A stretch of 64,000 bases of DNA from a virus, in the IMG/VR virus record IMGVR_UViG_3300045988_001753, positions 32,001 to 96,000 of that record; one strand, written 5' to 3'. A model generated the notes under the pieces. It saw only the letters and a list, made by a program, of their open reading frames with translations. It searched no databases and was not told the origin of the DNA. Numbering within the stretch: position 1 is the stretch's first letter; the number at the start of each line of letters is the position of its first letter. The position numbers and the translations under genes are program-made. Of this stretch, positions 1 to 9,100 are shown one piece after another.

Positions 1-2
1 CT

Positions 3-98
3 TATGTGGACAATATGCCTACTGTTCCTTCAGAGCCTGTATCTATCACTGGTACAGTAAGTGTGGATAACTTTCCCTCAAGTGGGACAGAATCATAA
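3..98 (+). CDS. 3' end of an upstream + strand gene (partial, start outside window)
   Basis: Open frame from the window edge (...YVDNMPTVPSEPVSITGTVSVDNFPSSGTES) ending at TAA 96-98, 3 nt before the next ATG. Same strand and tight spacing as the following genes. Confidence 0.35.
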   Translation, partial: YVDNMPTVPSEPVSITGTVSVDNFPSSGTES

Positions 99-101
99 GA
101 T

Positions 102-902
102 ATGATAGACAACTTTGAATTAATCAAGAGTCTTTTCTACTTCAATGAAGCAAATGATATGTTCTTTCATTTACAGATTGTTCAGAGAGCCAAAGACCAT
201 AAGGGTGAGAACAAGAAAGTAAAGGAAAGTGCAATCAAAACTTACTTTATTAGAAGTAGAGAGCATCTTGATAGAGTGAAAGAAGAAGTGATATTTCTCT
301 GTGAACATTATGGTGCAAGAGCCTATATCAATGTAGCTGGAAAGGATTTCAAGAATCTGCAAGACTTATTACTTGCTAAGTTAGCAGAGTATAATCTGAA
401 TGGTACTGTAAGAGACCCAAGGAGAATACTCAATAGTGCAGCAGGGGAATTGAAGTCAAGAAATCCTAAATGGGTAGTTGATATAGATGATATATCTATG
501 ATGAATGCTATTGCAGATAAACTCTTTGAGTTATATGCAGAGGCTTGGAAAAAGAAAGGTTCTGATATTTCAGTAGAGGCACTTAAAGAAGTAGGATATG
601 ACTACATTTATGCCCAAATACCTACTAAACAAGGTATTCATCTCATTGTGAGACCTTTTAATCTACAAGCCTTTCATAAGGCATTTCCTGATGTAGATAT
701 ACACAAAAACTCAATGGGAACTGTTTTATACATTCCTAATAGTCTCAACCATAGATATGTTTGCAGTGAATGTGGTAGCCCCAATATTCAAGTACAGGCA
801 TGGGTAAATGCTAATACCAATGAGTATGTAGATGACATAACTGATAATGCTGAATGTTGGTGTGAGGATTGTGGTAAACATACTAAACTTAAAGAAGTAT
901 AA
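102..902 (+). CDS. AEP/PrimPol-like protein with C-terminal zinc ribbon (putative)
   Basis: 266 aa. Ordered motifs resemble archaeo-eukaryotic primase motifs: KWVVDIDD (DxD), TKQGIHLIVRP (sGxH-like) and DVDIHKNSMGTVLYIPNS (hD...G..hhhP.S). C-terminal CSECG...CEDCG forms a 4-Cys ribbon. Confidence 0.45.
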   Translation: MIDNFELIKSLFYFNEANDMFFHLQIVQRAKDHKGENKKVKESAIKTYFIRSREHLDRVKEEVIFLCEHYGARAYINVAGKDFKNLQDLLLAKLAEYNLNGTVRDPRRILNSAAGELKSRNPKWVVDIDDISMMNAIADKLFELYAEAWKKKGSDISVEALKEVGYDYIYAQIPTKQGIHLIVRPFNLQAFHKAFPDVDIHKNSMGTVLYIPNSLNHRYVCSECGSPNIQVQAWVNANTNEYVDDITDNAECWCEDCGKHTKLKEV

Positions 903-1153
903 TGAAAGTATTAAAGATTTATTCAAAGACTTGTGGACCTTGTAAGACACTGGAGAGCAATCTCCAGCTTGCAGGTATTCCACATGAAAGTATAGATGTT
1001 CAATCTGTAGAGGGCTATGATGTTGTAGCCAAGTATGAGATAAGGACAGTACCTACTCTCATCTTAGTAGATGATGAGGGAAATGTTGTAAAAAGGCATA
1101 GTGGTCTGTTAGGTGTTCAAGAATTAAAAGAGTTCTGCAATGAAGCTAATTAA
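902..1153 (+). CDS. thioredoxin-fold redox protein (thioredoxin-like)
   Basis: 83 aa with a CGPC active-site motif (SKTCGPCK) and a downstream cis-Pro loop (RTVPTL). Start overlaps the stop of the preceding gene (TAATG). Confidence 0.85.
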   Translation: MKVLKIYSKTCGPCKTLESNLQLAGIPHESIDVQSVEGYDVVAKYEIRTVPTLILVDDEGNVVKRHSGLLGVQELKEFCNEAN

Positions 1154-2138
1154 GCCAAGTTTTGAAATATGGAATCAGCCTGCTGGTCTTGAAGGAGTTT
1201 ATAAACAGATTGAGAGAGTAGGTAGAGTATGTTATAAGTCTGAGGATAAGATAACAGAAGATTCTGCCAAGCCTTTTGTGGATAGGATGATTAAGTCTGG
1301 TCATGGTGCTATGTTGGAACATGGTACAGTGTATTTGGATGTGCCTAATTCAGCAGAAGACTATAATTTAGTTCCTTTCTTTGCCTCAAATCCTTACTCC
1401 AAGGTAGTTATAAAACCTTTGGATGATAGAGTGCATAACTATGTTACTACTAATTTCAGAGTAATAGTAGAGAACTTTGCTGAGGAGTATATACCAGATA
1501 TACTTCAATACTTGTGTGAGCCTACAGAGTGCCATGAGAAGAGAATTACTGTTCACTTTGTATGTGACAGGGGTGTATCACATGAATTTGTAAGGCATAG
1601 AGTTATGTCTTTTGCTCAGGAAAGTACAAGGTATTGTAACTATTCTAAGGATAAGTTTGGAAATGAACTCACCTTCATTATTCCTTGTTGGTTAGATATA
1701 CCAGAGGGAAAGGCATATTGGCATGATGGAATAAACTATAGAGTTGGAGCTACAGAGGAAAATATATTTGGAGAATCTGTAAACCCTAAAGCTTGGTTTA
1801 ATAAAGAAAGCAATTGTGTAGAAGTGCATGATTATATTCAAGCTTTAGATAATGCCGAAAAGGCATATCTCAGGTTAATGAGTGCTTGGGAAAACAGAGT
1901 TACTGATAGGAGATATGTTACAGGATTCAAAGGAAATCCTTGGACTCCACAGCAAGCAAGAGCAGTATTACCTAATGCCTTAAAGACAGAATTGGTTATG
2001 ACTGGATTTGTATCTGATTGGAATCACTTCTTTGACCTAAGAGCAAGAGGTACTACAGGTGCTCCACATCCTCAGGCTAAGGAATTAGCAGAACCTCTAA
2101 TGAAAAAGTTTATTGCAAGAAAGTATATTAATAACTAA
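1140..2138 (+). CDS. thyX: flavin-dependent thymidylate synthase ThyX
   Basis: 332 aa containing the ThyX signature RHRxxSxxxxSxR (VRHRVMSFAQESTRY). Overlaps the thioredoxin gene by 14 nt. Confidence 0.9.
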   Translation: MKLIKPSFEIWNQPAGLEGVYKQIERVGRVCYKSEDKITEDSAKPFVDRMIKSGHGAMLEHGTVYLDVPNSAEDYNLVPFFASNPYSKVVIKPLDDRVHNYVTTNFRVIVENFAEEYIPDILQYLCEPTECHEKRITVHFVCDRGVSHEFVRHRVMSFAQESTRYCNYSKDKFGNELTFIIPCWLDIPEGKAYWHDGINYRVGATEENIFGESVNPKAWFNKESNCVEVHDYIQALDNAEKAYLRLMSAWENRVTDRRYVTGFKGNPWTPQQARAVLPNALKTELVMTGFVSDWNHFFDLRARGTTGAPHPQAKELAEPLMKKFIARKYINN

Positions 2139-2149
2139 AAAAAAAAAGT

Positions 2150-2389
2150 ATGGCTTTTGGTACGAAGAAATCAGTTGTAGCTGCACTTTCTTTCAGTGAA
2201 AGAATGGCAAGCATTAAGTCTATGTTTAAGACTGCACATGAGAATGCAAGTAATCTCCATGCAGAAATGGAGTCAGAGATTGCAAAGAAGGAATCTCAAA
2301 TTGCTGCATTGCAGGAAGACATCAAAACTATTGGTGTTACTAAGCAAGAGGCTGAAACATTTATGTCTAATATAGAAAAGCTTATTTGA
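2150..2389 (+). CDS. hypothetical small coiled-coil protein
   Basis: 79-aa ORF preceded by an A11 tract. Heptad-like charged sequence. Tightly packed with neighbours. Confidence 0.5.
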   Translation: MAFGTKKSVVAALSFSERMASIKSMFKTAHENASNLHAEMESEIAKKESQIAALQEDIKTIGVTKQEAETFMSNIEKLI

Positions 2390-2390
2390 T

Positions 2391-3017
2391 ATGATTGAGC
2401 AAATAAATCAGTTAAAGCAAGGTTCCATTATTAGTGAGAGTTCTCACTATATTGTGAACAGAGTATCAGGCCCTAATGCTTGGCTTACTCATTTTGAGAG
2501 TGGTGAAGAGGTTCAGATTGGTATGAGCTATTTGAAGAACTATACTAATTCTGCTGACCTGTTTGAGACTACAGTAAAAGTAACTAAGGAAGATAAGAAG
2601 GATGGTACTCTTGGTATTAGAAGTATTTGGGAGAACATTCACTCTGGTCAAGTATTTACTGTATGCTTCAAGAAGCAGGATAAGCCTAAGAGTAAGAGGA
2701 AGTTACAGGAAGAGATTGATGCTATTGTAGAGCAGTTCTCAAATAGTATTGACACAGTTAAGAACAATAAGAAAGGTGTTGCAAATGCAGCAAAGAATCT
2801 TATTACTGAGCTGGTTAATAACCCTGTACTTCCTTATGAAGAAGGTGAAGATAGAGTTCTTAGAGGCTATAAGATTCAATTTGAATCAAGAGATGGCAGA
2901 TATGATTGTGTAGATATGGATATTACTAAGACTGATAAAGAGTCAGGTATTAGACCAGTCAATATCAACACTATCAAGTGGCTTATATTCAATGGTGTCA
3001 AGTACATTGTTGAGTAA
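2391..3017 (+). CDS. hypothetical protein
   Basis: 208-aa ORF that starts 1 nt after the previous stop and is followed by a hairpin terminator at 3024-3065. Confidence 0.6.
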   Translation: MIEQINQLKQGSIISESSHYIVNRVSGPNAWLTHFESGEEVQIGMSYLKNYTNSADLFETTVKVTKEDKKDGTLGIRSIWENIHSGQVFTVCFKKQDKPKSKRKLQEEIDAIVEQFSNSIDTVKNNKKGVANAAKNLITELVNNPVLPYEEGEDRVLRGYKIQFESRDGRYDCVDMDITKTDKESGIRPVNINTIKWLIFNGVKYIVE

Positions 3018-3023
3018 TCTTAT

Positions 3024-3065
3024 AAGGAGGAGTAAGTTAATCACTTATTCCTCCTTAACTTTTTC
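3024..3065 (+). terminator. rho-independent terminator
   Basis: Stem AAGGAGGAGTAAGT / ACTTATTCCTCCTT with a 5-nt loop, followed by AACTTTTT. Confidence 0.7.
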
Positions 3066-3075
3066 CCATAATACC

Positions 3076-3106
3076 TTGTGTATTACAATTAAATTCCTTA
3101 CCTTTG
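3076..3106 (+). promoter_or_regulatory. Bacteroidota-type promoter (TTG-N20-TAnnTTTG)
   Basis: + strand reads TTG-tgtattacaattaaattcct-TAccTTTG, ending 22 nt before ATG 3129. Confidence 0.7.
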
Positions 3107-3128
3107 CACAAATAATACTTTTAATTAT

Positions 3129-6100
3129 ATGAGTTGTTTAATTATAACACCAGAAATTAGAGAATTAGCTAAGAAGTTTCCTAATGAAACAGAGCAATCA
3201 ATACTTAACTTGGTTGGACTGTGGCAGGAAAAGAATAATAAGTCTGTTGAGGATATTCCATTAGGTAGTGAACTCAATGATTTTATTAAGGAGCTGAGAA
3301 GTAGTGAGGCTACTGAACAGCTTGATGAGGCACTTAGCAGTTCTTTTAATACTCCAAGGATTACTTCTGTTGAGGAACAGCAAAAGGTGGACTTACTCTT
3401 TGACCCAAGAACAAGAAGAGATAGAGTGACACTTATTGCAAGATTCTTCAGTAATGAAGTTGATAATGCCTTGCAGGAAATGACTGATTCTTTGAAGAGA
3501 AGAATTGATGATGCCAGTGGTGTAGAGAAGGAAGAATTACAGGCTGAGCTTAATAGCTTGGATAGATTCTCTGCTATAAAGAAGTACACTCCTGCTGGTA
3601 TATTCAAGAGAGTAGCTAACATCTTCAATTCTTATATACAAGATACAGAAGAGGGCAGAATACAGCAAGAACTTAATGCAATCAATTCTATGAGAGGTGC
3701 AGATAAGTTCTCTGATGAGCAGAAATTAGAAGCTGCCAAGAAGAAAGCTGCTTATAAGAATCAGGAGTATAAGAAGATAGTTGATGACCCTTATGTCTAT
3801 AAGGCTCTTGCTGAGGAAGCAAGTACTTTACTTGTAATGACTGAGGGTATTAGGATAGACCCTAACTACATTGCACCTGCTGATGCAAACCTCAATGATG
3901 ATGACCCTGATGGTAACAGTGAGGTAGATAATGAAGCAGAGGATTGGAGACAAGAAGAGGCTTATAAGGATGGATGGATGACTAATTTCAGACAGGTAAG
4001 TTCACATGAGTCTCTGTCACAAGCTGTAAGAAAAGTAATCAGACAAGTACCTAAACTTGACTATAGAGGCAAGTATGAAAAGGATGATTTAGGTTTCACA
4101 AGATACCTTGATGCTGACTATGTTCATGCTACTTTCATTGACAAGTTAAGGAACATGATTAACTCTGATGATATGCTTCCTTTGATGCAGGATTTGCAAA
4201 GAATCAAGCCTTGGGTTAAGCAAGTAACCAAGTTACTTCAAGGTGATGAGACTTTGTTCTCTCAATTCTACCAAGACTTCAGGAAGGACTTTATGCCTTA
4301 CTGGATTCAAAAGAAGAAGATGATGCCTGATGGTACTTTCAAGATGGAAACTATTGCCATCAATAAGCCTGAAGGTGTGTATTACCTCCTTGATGCTTGG
4401 AGAGATAACTATGAGAATGGAGTACAGCTTGATGATGATAGTGTATATGAGAAGAATGGGGAAATAAACAAGGATAATGCAGCTAAAGGTTTACAATGGA
4501 CTGAGACATTGAACAATATGTTCCAGAACCTTGATACAGAATCCAGACTTCAACTCTTAGAGAGAGAAGATGTATGGAATACCATAATGAAGTTACTTCA
4601 TATGTTAGGTATTGATGCCAATCCTTCTGTATTGAAGACTGCATTAACTGATATAAAGACAGCTCCAGGTATCACATTTACTGACCCAATTATGCTTCTT
4701 TTACCACAATTGAATGTTATATTCAGTGGTATTAAGAAAGGTGAAGTCAAGTCTGAGACAAGGGAGGATGGTACTGAGAAGAGAGGAGACCTTATCAATA
4801 CTTTTGGCTCTGCTTACAATATGATTGCAAGCATGATGGCAGAAGTTACTGAGGATGCTATTGAAAGTAGTGTCAGAGAGAATGATAAGTCTTACTATTC
4901 TCATGTTACTCCTAACTACTTAGGTAAACTTATTAAAAATCTCAAGAATGTTATGAATGACAAGGAGAGATTTGAACAGTTTATGCAGACTGAGTTCAAG
5001 GATTATGAGTGGTTCTTTAAGGATGGTCATTGGAGAAATGACTGGCTAAGACAGCTTGCAGAGTCTGATGAATTGAGAAGAGGTCTTAACCATAAAGTAG
5101 TATTGAACTCTGATAAGGTAGATTATACTAATTGGGATGATTTGGATTATACTTTGGCTCTTCTTACAGAATATTGGGGAGACCCTGATTCTGCAAAGTC
5201 AAGTATAAAGTATGCTTGGTATCATGTTCCTATTCTCTCAGATAGCCCTTCTGCTGAGTTTATCAGATTCAGAAAGTACACAACAGGTGATGTACTTGAT
5301 GAAAATGGTAAGAAGAGAACCTATGATGATGTTATTCTTGATAAGTTGGTAGACTTGGTTAATCAAGAGTATGACAGAATTATGCTGGTTAGGGAAAGAG
5401 ATGAGGCTTATCAGAGTGGAGATAAGAGTGTAGAACCTATTGCCAACTATGATATTGTCAGAAAGAAAGATGGGAGTATAAAGAGTATGGGAGGTGCAGA
5501 ATTTAAGTTCCTTCCTGCACTTAACAACCTCAGATATGACAATGGAGAGGCATTCATTGATAGGCTAAGCAGACTTAAATCCAAGGGTACTGGTGCTGAA
5601 CTTAGGAACTTTCTAAGAACTACTCTTAATGACATGATGGAAGATGGTTTTGAACAGACCTATAGAGATTGGATGAGGGTAGGACTTTTGGATGAGCTTC
5701 CTAATGGCAAGTACAAGTATCTTCCTTTTGAGGGTCAGTCCAAGCAGAATGCAATAACTGCAAAGGCACTTATCAAGGCTAAAGATGCCTTAGGTTCATT
5801 GTGGAATACCAATATGGAACTGATGCTTAGAGCCTATAACAATAATAGTGCTTTTGATAGTAGGGAAGCCAATAACCTGATGGAGCAGATTAAGAATTTG
5901 CTGACAGATAAGGCAACAAGAGGTGAGATGGAATTGAAAGATGCTCAGTCAATCTCAAGAAGTCTGTTTGTTAAGAACAATGCTAAGGATGCACTTAGGG
6001 AATACTATTGGAACAGTAAGTTAGCTACTTCACAGATTATCCAGCTTACTACTACTGACCTTGCCTTCTATAAGAACCTTGAGGACTTTCAGAAGAGATA

Positions 6101-9100
6101 TAAGGAGGTTCATGCTCCTGCCCTTAGACTGAATACTAAGGCTACTTATAAAGGTGAGAGAATTGGTAGGGACTGGGAAAGAACCATCTACTTGAAGGAT
6201 GATGAGATAGTATCTTCTGTACTTGAAGACATCAAGACTGTACTTGATGAAAGGGTTAGAAGAAATGAAATGACCAAGATAGACAGAGATAATATCATCA
6301 GCAAGTTTAGAAATGTGAATGTAGCAGATGCTCAGGCATATAGAAGTTTGAGTTCCTATAGGGCAATACTTGGCATGTCAGGTCAGTGGACAGATGATAT
6401 GGAGCAGGCATATAACAACTTCAAGAATGGAGATTGGAATATTAAAGACTTCAATATCATTTGGCAGACTAAGAAGCCTTATGTTTATACACAAGTCAAT
6501 AATAACAGTGGCATTGAAGGTCATACTGGAATTAAGACTCCTGTACAGCATAAGAACTCAGAGTTCCTATTACTTGCTATGCACGAACTAATTGCTGGTC
6601 CTTTAGGAAGGTCAGGTAAGCTGAAAGCCATAAATAAGTTTATGGAGGATAATCAGATTGATGTAGTTCAGTTTGAATCTACTACTAAGGTTGGAAAACA
6701 AGGTGTAATAGATTTGAATGATGTTAATACAGAGGCTGATGTAATCCAAAGACTTAAAGATACCACAGGTATTGGATTTGGTAATGAGAATCCTAATGTA
6801 GTACATAAGGTATCTTATGAAGATTATGGTATTCAGACTGCAACTCCTGAACATGCTATTGATGCAGTTCAGTTAGTAGGTACTCAGATTAGAAAGTTAA
6901 TTACTGCTGACATCTCTGATGACACAATCATTGAGGTTAATGGTAAGAAGATGACTAAGAAAGAGTGGCTTGACCTGTATAATGCTATCAATACAGAGAA
7001 TATTCTTCAAGCATTTGCTGATGTAGATAAGATATTCAAAGACCCAAAGAAGGTAGAGGAAATCTTACTTGAAGAGATAAGAGGTAATCAAAGATATGGT
7101 ATGGATATGATGAGGGCTTGTACTCTTGATGAGAACAATAACTTCAATATACCTCTCTTTGACCCTGTGCAATCTCAAAGAGTACAGACACTTCTTAATA
7201 GTGTAATCAAGAGTAGAATCACTAAACAGAAGATTAGAGGAGGAGCTTTAATTCAGGTGTCTGATTATGGCTTAACTGACCAACTGAGTATTGTATTCAA
7301 AGATAAGAATGGCAATCCTTTGAATTACGAACTTTACAAAAAGAAGTATCCTAATGCTACAAGAGAAAGCTATGAAGAATTTGTCAAGAATGCCCAAAAG
7401 GAAGGTAAGTTGTCTATCATGTATCTTGAGTGCTATATGCCTGCATATAGTAGAGAGTTTTATGAGCCTCTCATGGACCCAAATACTCACCAGCTTGATG
7501 TAACTAAACTTCCTGAGGATTTGAGAAAGTTGATTGGATATAGAGTTCCAACAGAGGATAAGTACTCAATGGCTCCTCTGTATATTAAGGGATTCCTTCC
7601 TCAACAGAATGGTTCTGCAATCATGCTTCCTGCTGAGATTACTACTCTATCAGGTTCTGACTTTGATGTGGATAAGATGTATATCATGTTGCCAGAGTTT
7701 AGAATACTGGATAGGTATAGAATCAAGGATGCTTGGGATGACTTCTATACTGACCCAGCTAATGCTGACATTGTAGAAGAAATTGATAGGAACATAGGAA
7801 TTGCTTTTGAAGACTATCAAAGAAAACACCCTGAGGATGAGCTTGATATAGATGATTATATTGAGTTTGTTCAAGACCAAGGTGTCAGAAAGTACCAGTT
7901 CTCTGAAACTGCAAGGGACAGATTCAAGGAGTGGTTCAAGTCAAGAAAAAAGCAATACTCTCTGGGTAAGGGTAAGATTGTAAAGGTAAAGTATGACTTC
8001 AACAAGTCTCCACAGGAGAATAGTCTTGAGGCAAGAAATAACTTGCTGATAGATATGATGTATGGAGTCCTGACTAATGCAGATACAGCTTCAAAGATTC
8101 TTAACCCAGGTGGTTTTGACTATCAGAAGAAGTCTGCAAGAATAATGACTATTCTCAATGATTCTTATGAGAGTGATTTGGTTAAGGCTCTAAATGAAGG
8201 TGGTGTTAAGTTTAATAAGACTATTAAAAGGGCAGGAAAGGAAATAAAAGCCCCAATATCTTCCTACCTTTTTGACTTGCCATTAGAGTTATCTAATGAG
8301 GAGAGAGAGGAAAGGAAGAAGAAAGGGGAGCCTTTCATAAGTCTTACTGAATTAGCAGAGAAAACAAAGGTCAAAATGGACCCATTATCACCAAGAACTC
8401 AAGTAATGTTACATCAACAGAACATGACTGGTGCTAAGTTGATTGGTATTTATGCCAACCATAATGCAAACCATGCTTTGATGCAACATACTCAGTTGGC
8501 TTTGGATGAAGAAAATGGCTCATTTGTATTGAATGGAAAGAGACTTACATCTCTACATGATATTATGAATGGTGACAAGGAATTTATCTCAAAGAATAAT
8601 GCTGGATTCTTGGCTGCTTCTGTGGACAATGTTAAAGACCCTGTGCTTGCAGCACTTAATCAGAATACTTTCACTGCTGATGCTTCTATGCTTCTTTCAA
8701 GATTAGGTTATAATCCTATTGAGATAGGTCTGCTAATGATGCAGCCTATAGTTCAAGAGATTACTCAGACCTATTTTAGAGAGAGTAGAGAAGGTAAAGG
8801 TAAAGATACCATCATTGATGAAGTATTGGATAAGTATAAGGAGAAGGCTGCTCTTAATAATGACTTGACTTATGATAACTACAAGAATAATAGCTTCTAC
8901 ATTGAAGAGCTTGCAGATAACATAATGCTTGCTAAGGAAGCTGTTACTGACAGGTCTCAGACTTCTGATTTCAGAAAGATTGAGTTCTATCAGAAACAAG
9001 TTGCAGTTGGATATTTGTTCAAGAGAATTATGAACTCTGCTGATGCTTTGGGACAGTTAGTACAGGCTACAAGGTCTGATACCCAAGGAGGTGCTGCTGG

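Noticed and set aside
3125-3628. 167-aa antisense ORF at the start of the vRNAP gene. Similar antisense ORFs lie inside large genes elsewhere, e.g. 10986-11324, 16905-17174, 17947-18249, 21945-22301, 25616-25969, 26905-27246, 38998-39429, 39895-40185, 40765-41073 and 52594-52995.
   Set aside because: Each lies wholly inside, and antisense to, a much longer ORF with recognisable motifs or operon context. Their translations are low-complexity (S/L/I/F-rich) mirror images of the AT-rich sense codons, and none has a promoter or terminator of its own.
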